Source: the human T2T-CHM13v2.0 reference genome, Homo sapiens
Length of the DNA: 64,000 nt
Assembly: GCF_009914755.1 (NCBI RefSeq)
Contig: NC_060942.1
Reading direction: 5' to 3' (one strand)
Shown here: in pieces, positions 27,508-42,087 of the stretch
Position numbering within the stretch: the stretch's first letter is position 1
Layout of the letters: every line of letters starts with the position of its first letter
Program-made: the position numbers and the translations under genes
The notes under the pieces: generated by a model
Databases searched by the model: none
Told to the model about the DNA's origin: nothing
What the model saw: only the letters and a program-made list of their open reading frames with translations

Positions 27508-29280
27508 ATATAATATATTATTTCCTTCACAAACAAAAAAGCATTTTTTTCTAGAGTAAAAAAAAAAAATACCTGAGAAGTAAAATCTTTTCTAGTAATT
27601 TCTAAGCTAAATTATTTTATGTCCATGTAAATTATAATTATCCATCTAATAAATTCTAATACCTTAGATTTAATTGTTGTTCATTTTCTTAGTATTAACA
27701 TTTCATTTTTATAATGATTATATATTAATGTTGTGACAAATTATGATGTTTCAATATACTTATATGAAATGTTTCCTTACCAACAAAGAAGTATTTCATA
27801 AAACCATTTTTGGCATTTATAATCAAATTAATGCAACAGTAAACACAATAGCATGTTCATAATTACTGTGATAAATGTGGTGTAATTGTAAGAGCTACTA
27901 GCATCTATCCTTGATACATTGTAATATTGCTATTAAGGAAACAAAAGATATTTTAAACACTTTCTAATTTTTAATTTCAATAAAGACTGAAAACTACTAA
28001 AATTGATTGTAATGTGAGCAAAACTACACTCCATTAGTTCTGCCCTGAATTAACTGTTTTCCAGTTGATTATACTTTTTCAGCTTTTATATCACTGAGAA
28101 CTAAGCAATTGTTCAGTCCTGAAAGACCGTTTAAATTTGGTGGTTTCAATTGGTCATTTGTACTTACTAAATACAATTCTGAGTGTCTGTGTATAAATTG
28201 CAGTGATCATTTAGCAGCTGACTGGTGGGTCATCTATGCCCATAGTAGAAACAAACTCTTCAAATTAATCAATGGTCACAAGCACAGCCAGAAATAGAAG
28301 TTTAAACATAATTGGCTTAAACCATCTATATCTCAATCATAAAATGAATATGAATCATTACACCTTGAAGTGAGAAGTTGTCATTCATATCCAAGTATCC
28401 TAAAAGGTTGTCTACAAAATAAAAAAATTGGGTATTCCAAATCTTCAAAACAATCATTCTTCCTAGTCTATAGATGCCATGGTTATCCAAAGAAATACAG
28501 GAAGTTCTATTTAGTTTCATGCTGGAATTAAGCTTAATATTTCAACATTTCCCGTTACTCTTTCATTAGGAGCAACTAACCATAAGGAGTGGAAGATGTA
28601 TCTTTGTCAATGAAGTAGGCATTCAGGGTACAAATGAGATATATGTTGGCAAATTATTAGAAAAGAACCAGGTGATAAGGATTTGAAAAACCTTGCTTTC
28701 TCCTTCCTAACATGGTTTAGCTCCAGCCTGAATATTTCTTGAGTTCTTGATGAAAGCAAAATTATATCAGTCAGTGATTCAGATATAACTTCATGTTTGG
28801 AGGAGAGAGTTGTTTCCTAACAGCCACCTGAAACTCTAAGCTAACTTGCTTCTCCCTATTATAAATATGGAATTCTACAAAATCATCTGTCTCCCCTGGA
28901 CCCCTATCCTAGCTACAGTTTCATTGTCACTCTTCCAGGTCCTTCTGGTTTGATACTAGTATCTTTCCAAGCTTCTGTTTAGTCTCTTCAATCTTGAGAC
29001 ATTGTTTCCAGACGTTTCCCTCATTTCCCCTTCCTGTCTTAATTCACACTTCCTTCCAGGAATTATCCTAGCCATACACTTTCTGCTTATAATAATTCTG
29101 TCTTCCTTCAATAAGTTTTTGTGATATTATAAAAATAACATTCCTAAGATCAATATGTTCATCTAGATATAGATGAAGAAATCTGTTAACTTGTTAAAAT
29201 AGGTATTTTGGTTTTCTTTGAATTGTGCAGAAGAAACAACGTTCCACCGCCTATAAAGCAGTGCTTCTCAAACCTGATTG

Positions 29281-29718
29281 TGTAGAGGAGAACAGATTTT
29301 TTTCTCACCCATCATAAGGTGCATTGCTGACTCCTCATGACAAAAGGCAGTTGTTCATGTCATGGCAGCCTTCAAAAATGAAGACAGAAAGACCCAGGGA
29401 AAACCATGTATTGTTATGGACAGTCATGCAGAAGTTTGAATGGTAAGAAATTGAAGGGAAGTTGACAAGGTTTGTTTGTCCAGATCCTTCTTGGTGTTTC
29501 TGAGTGACATGCCTTTCCTCCGGTTTTAGGGCAGGACACCTTTCAAATGAGGGTGTTCAGAGGAGAAGCAGCGGAATAGATGGGAGAGGTTTCCTAGGTC
29601 TTATGACCTGCTTCAGGGGATAATGGAGGAGGAAGAGTGAGAGTGGCCTTCCTGCTTCTGCTGGTTCCTCAAATGCCAAAGAGCCCTATTTTGGGGTAGC
29701 ACTTTCTGCACCACATCA
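29281..29718 (-). mobile_element. ERV1 solo LTR (MER34/MER39-like) inserted in a MER5A-like element
   Basis: Ends aatgccaaag...tattttggggtagc...catca; flanked by cagtgcttctcaaac (~29259) and ctctgattt...tctgtatttttaa...gtgattctgat (~29770-29825). Confidence 0.65.
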
Positions 29719-30389
29719 ACCACACACAAGAAATACATGCTGGGGCCCAAGGCCCACCTCAGGGGCTCTGATTTAAATGACTTTGGGTGAAGCCCAGTCA
29801 TCTGTATTTTTAAAGTGATTCTGATATACAATCAAGGACAAAAATCTGTTGTAATGTGTTAGATTATAGAACTCTGGGTAAAAAGAGCAGCCCTGAGTAA
29901 GGAAATTACTACCAGCTCAGGTTCAGTAGAGACAAAGAAAGTACTGAGAACAGATGTTCTGAGGTAGACTTGCATGAGAAGAGGCAACAAAAATAGTCAG
30001 GGAAGCTGGGAACCAGGGAACAGGGTAGACTGTCAATGTTGAAAGAATTTAAAGGCCATTTGTGAACAATTTATACTCAAAACTAAGGACAGAATTAGTA
30101 ACAGGAAGATGTTAAGGATGTATTTAATGACTTAAACTAGGAGCAGAGTGTAAACTAAGATAATGAGTCAGGCCGAAATCAAATAAAAGAGATAATAAAC
30201 CTACTCTTAGAAAGAGAGATGATCAAAATTAATGCCAAATCTAGTTAGTAAAAGGAAAAAAAAAAAAAAAAAAACCAAGAAAACAAAAAGAAACCTTCCC
30301 TAGCCCCCTGAGACTACCTCTACCATCTATCTCTTCCTCTTCCCTCCACAGCCCAGGCAGCATGGCTAAGAAATACGGTCCTATTTTTA

Positions 30390-32060
30390 ATACTTCTTTG
30401 CCTCCAGGTACTCATCCACTTGTCCACTCACAGTGGTCGGCTTTCCAGAACAAGGACTCCAGAGCCACTCTCACTAGGTTCATCTGTGACCTCTTTATTG
30501 CGATATTGCATGGGCCTCTTTCAGTAATCTTATGGGGACTCTCAAGCAGACTTTGTCAGAGTTGATTGCTCTCTTATTGAATTCCTCTCTCTTCCCTTGG
30601 CTTCTATGACATATCATCCTACTGGTTATCCTCCTATATCCTGGAAAAATCTTATTTTTTCACCTTAGTGTTCTCTTCTTACTTTTCTCAGGATCTGTCT
30701 TTAGCCCACCTCACACTCCACACTATACCCAGGCATTTTTATCAACTCCTGTGGTTCAACTGTTCTCAGAAGGCTGATGATGCACACATCTTTGTCTCCT
30801 GTACAGACACCTCCTCCAAGCTATAGAACTTGCATGTTCTCTCAGATTTTTCATGGGCACATTTACACTCAATATGTTCAAAACTGAGTTCATGATCTTT
30901 CTCTAAATTCTTATGATCAGATTCCCTTAGTCACCAATGTCAGAATTAATAAATCATTCTTGATGTTTTTTCTCCCTCTCTCCCCTATGCAAAATGCATA
31001 ATCCTCCTCCACAAGGTATGGTCTAAGGACAAGAAGCTTTGACATCACCTGGGAGCTTGTTAGAAATGCAGAATCTCAGGCCTCACTTCAGACCTATTGA
31101 CTCGGAATCTGTAGTTTTCAAGATCTTCTGGGTATTCTTACATACAGTAATGTATATACACTGCTCTGAAATTCACACCTTAAAAATGCCTCAAATTCAA
31201 CTCCCACTCTTTATCTCTGATGTAACTATCATAAGCTGAGCTGTGGGTTCTCAAAACTTGCTGCATAGTACAATCCCTTGGGGTTTTTTTTTGTAAATAC
31301 CAATGCCAGGTTCTAGACCTCCAGATTCTGATTTAATTCATCCAGAGTGGAGCCCAGGAATCTGTAAGTTTAAAAAGATCCCCAAGATGTTTCACTATGT
31401 AGCCAGAACGAAGAACCATTTATCTAAGCCAAAATCGCCCTTTAACTACATGATTATAATAGTCCTTAAACTAGTTCCTCTGTCTTCGGTCTTTCCAGCC
31501 CTCCTTATTTCCAATAGAGTGATCTTTCTTAAAATCTGTATGTAAGAACTTTCACTGGCTACTGTTGGCTCCAGCACTGAGTCTGCACAGTTCAACATCT
31601 GCCCCCTGCTTATTTATCCAAGGCCTTTTCTCGCCATAGCCTGTGCTCCCCTTGTACTCTTCTGTGTCGCAACCAACTGAGTTATTTGCAGTTCATCAAA
31701 TGGACCATGGGGTTTTGTGCCATCGTCTTTGCTTTTAATGCTCCCTTTCTCTGCAGTGGCCTTCTTGGTCCTGATGCTGAAGATCTACTCTTTGCATACT
31801 CAATTTAAGCATCACCTTCTCTGTTATGCCTATCCAGACCTTACCCTTACCTCCCTGTGGTAGACCTCATCACTCCATCTCTTTGCCACTTTTACATTTA
31901 GTGCATATCTACAATACCACATTATAGTTATATTCTAATTATTTTTTGTTATTCCTAACTCTATCAGTCTACAAATTGGAAGCAAGAAGCATGTAATTCC
32001 CTTCTGCATCTCCAGAGCTTCAGAGACCGTAAGTATATATGGAATGCATATACGAAGGAA
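30390..32060 (+). mobile_element. Degenerate L2 with two MER5-type insertions (~31005-31140, ~31243-31420)
   Basis: L2-like text (tcatctgtgacctc...cccttggcttctatgac...ctcaatatgttcaaaactgag). MER5 core atcacctgggagcttgttagaaatgcagaatctcagg. Confidence 0.65.
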
Positions 32061-32794
32061 TAAAGTAAAATTCATACATATTTCTCTTAAACTTGATTAA
32101 AATGACGTGTTCTATAATTTGAAGATGTGCCTTTCCCATATAATGTGATAATGTATAAATATCCAAATTTTCATCAAAAGACTGACTAAATTTTTATCTT
32201 AAGATAATTAGTTTCCTGCCTGACTGTAAGATTGAGGAATTATTATGCCATTAATCATGTGTCGCTCGGATGACATTTAGCCATCACTTCTTGATTGTGA
32301 GGTATTAATAGAGGCCAGGAGTTAAAGTGGAGCCTTCGGGAGTTAGACAACACCTAGTTCACATCCCACTTCTATTTGTCATCAGGGCAACTTTCAGCAA
32401 ATTTCTAAACCCCACTGTTCTCATCGATAGTGGAAAGACTTTTATCCACAGTAATAGAAAGTAAAATGAACTATTTTGACATCGTTTTTAATTTTGAGAG
32501 TAAAAAATTTTGAGTTTTCTCAACTACTCTTCTAAGAGGTGTGTCTGCTGTGACTTTCTTATCTAAAGAAGGCACTACTAATCAGTTTATGGAAGCTCTC
32601 AGAGGTGGAACTTGGAGGACTTAAAAACCTAATCTATACTGAAAGGAGTAACTGATGTAACATAGCATTTTGTTACACTTATTTATCAAATATAACAAAT
32701 ATTTACTGAGTACTTTCTGCATATTAGGCACTGCGGAAGATATTAAATTAGTCCTTGCCGTTAAAACATTAATATAGGTGGATAAAAAGGCATG

Positions 32795-32920
32795 CATTCA
32801 CTCTTGGGTGCAATGTACACTATTTGGGTGATGGATACACTAAAAACCCCATATCACCACTGTGAAATATATCCATGTAACACAGCTACCCTCATACCCC
32901 TAAATCTATACACTTAAAAA
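32795..32920 (+). mobile_element. Short L1PB-like 3' end
   Basis: ttgggtgcaatgtacactatttgggtgatggatacactaaaa...tatatccatgtaac...cccctaaatcta. Confidence 0.75.
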
Positions 32921-33877
32921 GCCAATGCATGTAATAATTATACCTCATATTTAATACTTTATGCCAGATGATGCCTATATTGCATTAACTCTCATATCCA
33001 CTCTAGAAGGTATTCATGATTAAAATCTTTGTACTGTAGATTTTTCATAATTTGAAGAGTGAAGTTTCATAGTCCGCTCAAAGGTGCCCAGCTAACAGGT
33101 GAGAGAAGTAGGATTCAAGCCAGGTGTTGTCTAACTCCCAAGACCCCACTCTTAGTGGCTCTCTACCAACTCTTTACAATCAAGGGATGATAGCTAAATG
33201 TCACCTGAGAGATGCACACCATTGATGGTGTAATAATCCTCCAATCTGACAGTCAGGCAAGAGCTAATTAGCTTCAGATAAAAACTGTCAGTCTTTTGAT
33301 GCTGCAAATTCAGATATTTGGACACATCTGGTTAATTCACAGAACTTCTACTTTTCATCCAGATGGCTTGTCATCATAAATGTCATAATATAAACACAAC
33401 CAAACTTGAACTGCTCAAGCTTTCCTAAATGAACCTCAAAGCACTCATTGCTCTTTCAGAAGTAAAATGTTGATTTTGATATGCTATCATCATCTTTTGT
33501 GTGGTGCCCCATAATTAAAAACTTTTGATGCTTCATTTCAGGACTACCAAGCTGGAAAATAGAAAGCTGTATTGATGAGAAATGTGGAAGTTTCTTTCTA
33601 AAAAATGGAGACAAGTGAGAAATATCACTGGTGTTACAGTCACCTCTGTAGAGTGGAGCTTCTGTTGATTCAAAGAATGCTGGCCTGCTCTAAGGAGAGT
33701 AAGACGGAAAGAGACCCAGACCCCAGTGATGGCAAAACATAACCTTCATAGGAGTAGTAGCAATGAAGTCTGTCCACTAGGTAAATCACAAGACAGAAAA
33801 GCTGTAAGATATTTTTAGCTGTTTTAGTGCCTGTGCCTTTCCGTAAAAATCTTAGTATTAATATAAGTTTGTCTATG

Positions 33878-33879
<2 letters not shown>

Positions 33880-33917
<38 letters not shown>
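33880..33917. repeat. (CA)n microsatellite within an L1M fragment
   Basis: Direct reading. Confidence 0.9.
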
Positions 33918-34207
33918 GATGCATGCATATGTGAGAACTGGAATTTGGATAGGAATTGCATTAAATCTATTGATTTGCTTTGAAAACTACCAAGTAAAAC
34001 AACTTCAGTTATCAGTAAATACCGGTACTTAAGCAACACATACCCACTAACAAATACAGGTATCTGGAGAATGTGTTCCTATTCAGATACTCCACAGATT
34101 ATATAAGGGTGAGCTCAGGCTTTGTCTCAGGAGTAAGACTGTATCATGATGTCATGTGTAAAGTATTCAGTAACCAATACGTTTTGTTTCCAGGTAGACA
34201 GCAATGA

Positions 34208-34561
<354 letters not shown>

Positions 34562-37500
34562 TCAGATACCCTTTTAAGAATTGTAGGCCATACATCTCAT
34601 GGAAATTGAATGGTAATACCTGCCTGCATTCATACTCTTGTAGAGCTAAGACCAGCATGACTTTTTCTGTCCTCTTACTTCTTTGGAGAGGAAACCGACA
34701 TCTCAGCTAATAGTCATTTATTTTACACTGATGAATTTTAAGCTTTTATCCAAATTCATCATAATTAGAATCAGATAATAGAGTTCTGTGTGAGGCACCA
34801 GTAGCGTCCTTTAGAAAATCAAGCGGATTGTAATTAAGAATTGATGTGATACTTGGCAGAACCACAGAGTCTTCTGGGTCACTTTCTGCATGTTCTCTGT
34901 GAAGAGCCTTCACAGGAAGCAGCTGGAGCTCCAAAAGGACATTTGACTGGTAAATTGACTTGATTGATTCAAATTTGATTACATACTGGAAACACATTTA
35001 GTTCAAGTTAAGCACATTAATATCTAGCAGTTAGAATAAAGACCCAATTCCTTCTTTGTTATTCATTAATAAAACTTAATTACTTCAACAAAACATTAAT
35101 GAAGAAAAAATATTGGCTTGCATAATTCATTTGGAAAAATTAATTAATTATTTTATTAAGGGCAGCCTGTTCCACAAAGTAATTACTGAGGCTTTGATGG
35201 AGAATTGCTTTATGTTATTTACTTAGTAAGTGGTTGTTTACCTTTTTCATCTGTTACGTATATAACTTTTTCCTCCTAGAGGGAAATTAAATATAACCTG
35301 AAGTCATGATGGTAACTATGTACTTATAATTGATAAGATGACTGCATTTTAATATGATGTTTACTAAATTCAACCTGTATTCCAAAGATAGAAGGCTTAT
35401 TTAGTGGCAATATTCTTCCCAGCTAGATTTTCAACACAGTAGTATTTAACAAATAATGTCCTCATTTAGTAGGTAACTAGAAGTTATAAATGAGGGAAAA
35501 TAAACTTTAGCGGGTTTGTATCTCAGCTTTCCTTTCAATCAGACAAAGCCATGGTTTGTTAATACTTTAACATAAAAGTGCCAGGAATAAGTATTTCATA
35601 TGAAAATTATAATAATTAACGTTTTCTGAAATGTAATATCCAGGGCTGTATGAATGAGTAATTAAACATAAAACTGAATCAATAGTTCAGAATCCTTTCT
35701 TTCAACTTATTTCCTTTATGAGTTTGAGCTACACGCTAAACCTCATCATAGCTATGTAAAATAGAACTATCAACAGAAAACTTCCTGGTATATACTAATG
35801 ACTTTAATTGGTTTCACAATTAATACAATGACCAATATTAATATTATTTAAGTTAATTGTTAACATAGTGTTTTAAAATTACTTTTTCATTAAATGCAAC
35901 TGTGAAAGAGCGAGTCATTTGTTTTAAATTATAAATAGGTGATGAGAAGCTATCCTTCTTTTAGAAGCTAATTCATTATCTGCTGTGAATAAGTGAAAGT
36001 ATTTCTACATTGCATTGCCTAAAAGAGACTTTCATTCCATTACAGGGTAGATTATTCTGCAGGTAATAGCAAGAACACTTGCATAATAGCAGCATGTTTC
36101 ATTAAGATAAAAAAAGATAAACCCTGCAGTAGTGGCATTCCAAAATAAATCAGCCCAGCCCTGCGCTGATCAGCATTCGCTTTTTCATTACTATGTGGAT
36201 ATGATGGATATTTTTCAAAGCTTAGTTTAGACAAACTGTTCAGAAAGGAATGAGTTCTCCTGATCAAATGAAAATTAAGGTGAAAATAAATGTCCTTCCT
36301 CCCTCCCGCCATGGAAATATGTAAGAATAAGAGACAATTATTTCTCAGAACTGTTAAGTCCTCTCAGGATTTTTCTCCTTCATACATTATGCAGCAACTA
36401 TTTCAAACTCAGCCTATCTCTGAGGGGTGGAAGATAGAGAAAAATAAATGAAAGAATGCCCGTGAATGTCATTCTTTCTAGAGACAGAAGGCACATATCT
36501 GCTTGAGTCTCTTTTTTCTATTATGCCACAGAAGCAGATGGCTCAAACCATTTTTTTAAACATTGGATTTCTCCACTTTATTCATTTCTCAGGTAACCAC
36601 AGGATGGCAGCATAGGACGATAAATCAAAATTGATTGCTTAATTCAAAAACATCCACCAGCGGTTATTAATCAGACTTCAATCCTTTCCTGCCTAACACA
36701 TGGAAATGGTGGCAAATTCATTCATGGGGAAAGTGTGTGTGATATTTAGTTCTCCCCGTGTGTGTGGTTGCAATGACACCTCACCAAGAAATTTCTCAAT
36801 TTTAATCCAGTAAGACGGGCATGACAGAATCTGTCTTTCATGCTGTAGTATCCTGTAGCCTCACAGTTTTATCAATCTGAACACGATTTGTAGTGAGAAA
36901 TATTATAGCTTTAGAGAAGATGTAAAAGATCTATCCATGACAGCCTTACAGCTTCTTTTTTTAGGAATACCCAGTTTCTCGTCTCTGCTCCCATTTCCTT
37001 CATTTATAATGATAAAATTAAAATGTGCAAAAATCCATTCTGATTATATCAAGTTATTTCGGCTCATTAATATAGGATTTTTTATTTCCCCATTATTCAC
37101 TGCAGAACAGGATATAATTTATTTCAAAGCTGGATGAACTATCCAATTAATTTTAGGTACTTTTCAAAGTTTAAAAATTACAATCTTCTCAAAAATTACT
37201 TTGGATTTGAAATATCCATATTCCATATACTTTTTTAACTTTATGCGTATTTCCTGTTTCTTCATGTGGCTACAAATACTTCAAATGTTATTATCTGTCA
37301 TGCTTAAAAATCCTCACTTAGAACAGTACTTGACCTAAAAAATGTTCCGTATGGAAATGTTTTATAAAGAGTTCCATTTGGGACGTTCTACACATTCTTC
37401 CTTTTGAAGAGAAGGGATATAGACATTAGTATCAGCCTTTTAAACCCTGCTATTAATATATGCTAATTTAGAGGATATAAACCAAAATGTTACTATTATT

Positions 37501-39049
37501 TTTCAGGATCCATAATATCTCACAACAGACATGTTGACATCACAAATACTGAACTTTCAATCTACTTTGTTGTCCACTCAGAATATTTGTTAACCAAAAA
37601 ACCCCCAAAAAATCCAAAATTCCTGAAAGAATTTTTAACTCTATTTTTAAAGTTTCTCATATATTTTAACTGATGTGAATCATTCCATTTATTTTTAAAC
37701 AATTTTTGTGAAGATTGTACACCATATAACTTTGACCTAACCATGAAAATGATTGAATTTATCAATATATATTGCCATCTAGTGGCCATTTCTTAAATCA
37801 CATTTTGGATCTGAAAACGGAGTGGACATTTGCCTCAAAAGTGCCACACTGCAGTGATTACATCCAGAAAGATAATTTTAGAGTAATCTCTGAACTCAAA
37901 CTAACTTATTATAATTTCATTAAGATAACAGTTCAATTTGTTAGGACCACTTTCTTTAGGAAATCTATTTGATTTTCATTTCCTTTATCCATCTTTTCAA
38001 AATTTACTGCATACATCTTAAGGGTAAATAATAATTAACCACTGCTTCTAAGAGGTCTAATGTTAGACTGCCTTTGAACTGCCTACCCATATACATTCCC
38101 ACTTGGCTGTTTACATGCAATTTAATTTATAAATGTTCTAATCATTTCAATTTGATGATAGTCATACTGCCTTTTACAAGAAATAATAGTTGTAATATCA
38201 GCTAATTGCGACTAACTAGAACTAAGCTGGTGGTCAGTTCCAAAAGTGATAAAATATTCCTACTTTAAGCCCTAAATATAGTTACTGTTTCATTAATTTA
38301 AAAAATACTTTTTTAAAAGCTATTTGGTGTCCTGTATGCTAGTAAGTAGAAATAAATGATAAACAAGTTTCATTTAACTTCTGCTTCATGGGGCATCTAT
38401 GGGAAAAAATAAATGGTAAACACATAATTATATGCAGAAATACTTCATTGGAGTATGAGAATCATCTCTATTCATTCAGATACCACCCTCCTTTAACATA
38501 CTAGGGAAGAGAAGCTTTCACATGTCTACCCACTTCTGCACCAGCAGCTGCTTCTCCAAGTCTATTCCCTGCTGGTCACTGCATAAATCACCCACCACCA
38601 CCCAATACGGTGTTGCTGCCCCACGAAGAACTCAGTAAATGTGGGAGAATGCACTTTACTGCCTTCCTCCTTTGTGTCTCAAGATTCCAAACCAAAAGAC
38701 CACAAGGGCACGTAAGATAGTACTAAGTGTTTGGGGGATAAAGAAAAAGGAGTTACAACCTAGAGGAGAAAACTGCATGTTAACCATGATCATTACCATA
38801 GTAATAAAAAAACGTTGCCAAGAGTTACATTCTTCAGAGCAGACACCTCTGGATGCACCTCAATTCCTAGCAGTTCCTCCCTGTCCTTGGATCCACGTTT
38901 CTCTAAGAAAACTCCTGACTTTTCAAATCTTCCCATAGCAGTCGAGACTGTCCCCCTGGGAGGTATTCAAAGATGCTTCCTTCTTCCTAGTTATTCATCC
39001 AGCTGGTAACTATTGAACCCAACAAGCAGATGCATCACACATACATAAA

Positions 39050-39050
<1 letters not shown>

Positions 39051-39092
<42 letters not shown>
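39051..39092. repeat. (CA)21 microsatellite
   Basis: Direct reading. Confidence 0.95.
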
Positions 39093-39093
<1 letters not shown>

Positions 39094-39223
39094 TATTTTC
39101 AAGGGCATAAAGCTTAAATTGACAATAAGAAAAAGACATATTTTCCTAAAACAACCCCTTCCATTGCTCATACAGGCAGCATCCTTCGTCTCCCAAAGAA
39201 TAGTGGTGGTTTCCGTTTGTTAC

Positions 39224-39528
39224 TTTTCCTTTTTCTTTTTTTCTTTTTGAGACGAAGTCTTGCCCTGTCGCCCAGGCTGGAGTGCAATGGCGCGATCTCG
39301 GCTCACTGCAACCTCCGCCTCCCAGGTTCAAACGATCTCCTGCCTCAGCCTCCTGAGTAGCTGAGATTACAGGTGCCTACCACCACACCCAGCTAATGTT
39401 TTGTATTTTTAGTAGAGATGGGGTTTCACCATGTTGGCAAGGGTGGTCTCGAACTCCTGACCTCGTGATCTGCCCACCTCAGCCTCCCAAAGTGCTGGGA
39501 TTACAGGCATGAGCCACCGAGCCTGGCC
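39224..39528 (-). mobile_element. AluS
   Basis: Full antisense dimer sitting directly next to the tail of the neighbouring AluJ. Confidence 0.93.
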
Positions 39529-39837
<309 letters not shown>

Positions 39838-41542
39838 ACCTTTTCTTTTTTATAAGCCTATGTTCCAAGGCTTCCTGATATATATAAAACAAATAATAAA
39901 TTGGGTACATTACAGAGCCATACACCCTTTGACGACTCTCTTAGCTACATAAAGACACAGCAGACATTCTGAAATTAAAATTAATGGGAGGTCTTCCCTT
40001 TGCATATAAGGTTAGGTTTATGAACAAGGAATTTTTTATTTTTTTCTTACATAAAAGGGAGTCAGAGTAAGTCTTTTATTCTTCCACTTAGTCTTCTAAC
40101 CAAGCAACACACCTGGAAGTGAGCGATGGGTAGTGATGGTGATGGTATTGAAGGAAACGGTGGTGAATTTTCTCCAGTTACACAGTTTGAGTAACTGCTC
40201 ACAGGAAAATAAAACCCAGTATTAAAGGTTTGGAAGACAATAAAGTTAAGATGATTCTTCAACAATTAATACAAATTAGCTTGAATAAAAGACCGTTAAA
40301 GAGAATGGGAAGAATTCCAAGTAGAAGAAAAACCGTACACAAAGGCCTCAGTGCAGAAAGGAGCTTGACCTCATAAGGCTAGGTTAGTGAAACACTGATA
40401 TCATCATTCCTTAGCAGGCCATTGGGACTATTTCAATGAGAACACTTTGGGATATGTATTTCTTTCCAGTGAATTGTGTTAACTATGTTATATTTCATCA
40501 TGGAATTCAGGCTTGGTTGTCTTCCAGTGGTATCTACTTTCCCTTTCCCCTAGGCTAAGGATGTTAAACTACCCAGTTCAACCCCAAAAATACAGATGAG
40601 AGTCCATTTTCAATCCCATACCCACTTCACCAGGAGTCCAGGAATCTTCTAAGAGATTCAGATGTTGCGACCATTATGGAGCAGAAATCTTCATAAGATA
40701 ACGAAAAACTGTCATGAAAACTTAAGACATTTGTACCTCCCACTCACATGTTGGAACTGGAGTGCAAGTACTTTTGGGGCAAGCAGTGTGACATTTCCTC
40801 TTAAATGGGAACTAGACAGCAGACAGTTGGGGACTCTGGATATAATTACATGACCTCCCTATGCTGACACTATGCACAGCTGGTACCTGGAAGTCTCTCC
40901 TCATAAACCCCAAACGCCTGAGGTCAGCTCTTGAGTCTGACAATGGTCCCGCTCAAAATGATGCTGGCCTACTACGGATGCTTTTATCCTGGCTTAGAGT
41001 GACTCTCCCTTCAAAGACTAAGATATCGTCTTTCCTTGCAGCCAGAAATGGGAGAAATGGGGACAGAGTGCAAGAGTCAGAGAGAGGGGGAGACAGAAAG
41101 TGGGGGGCGGGGTAGAAAAGTAGAGTTTTCATAGCTTGTTCACTTGGAAGGAAGTTCAAAAAGCAGCTGGGGAAATGTAAGCATAGCTATCATGTGAAAG
41201 CAGAAAAGATGTTTCAGAAAATAATGATAAAAATAATGCTAACATACCATTGACAATTTTGAGATAGTTGGCCTGAGAGACCAGTGGAAATGAGAGAGAA
41301 AGAGAACGGTCTTTTTCAAAGTGAATATTCTTAACCAATCCTTGACCAATAGAGCTTCCAATTTTCAAATGCTTCGCTAAAATGACAGAAGTCTCTCCAT
41401 CTTGTTTCAAATATTTTTAATCTTTGCAGTTCTAAACTAAGAGAGTTGGAAGCTATTACACTCCCTGCTTGCCAGCAGAGACATCAGGTGCTTTTTCAAT
41501 GAACAAACTACCAATTTAGTACAGCTAAATAAAACTAAGCAA

Positions 41543-42087
41543 CAAGTATCTATTACTGAGCAACAAATTATGGCAAAACTTAGTGGCTTAAAAGAAGACA
41601 TATTTATTATCTCTCAGTTCCTTTCAGTTAGAAATCTGTTCTATTTCAGGGTCTCTCACAGGCTATAATAATGGTGCCAGTGGCCCCTAATCATTGCAAG
41701 GCTCAACCAGGTAAGGACCTGCTCCCAAGCTTGCATGGTTGTGGGTAGGACTCAGTTATTCATGGGTTCTTGGGGTAGGGCCTCAGTTCCTCTCTAACTT
41801 GTTGGCTGGAGGAGGCCCTCAGATTTTTGCTGTATGGGCATCCTCAACATGAAAACTTGCTTCATCAAATAGTAGAAGCTGAAAAAGCAGTAGAGTCAAC
41901 AAACAACATGGAAATTGCAATATTTTGTAACCAAATTACAGAAGTCACACCTCCTTAACTTTGTCATGCTCTGTTGGTTAGAACAGAGTCCCAATCTCCA
42001 GCCTGCGTTCAAAGAGAGATTATATAAGAGTATGAATACTAGGATATTGGGATCACTGAGGACCATCTTAGAGGTCTTCCTGTCGCA
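41543..42087 (-). mobile_element. MLT1 (F/G/H-like) MaLR LTR
   Basis: caaaacttagtggcttaaaag...atttattatctctcagtt...tgaatactagga...gaccatcttagag. Confidence 0.75.
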
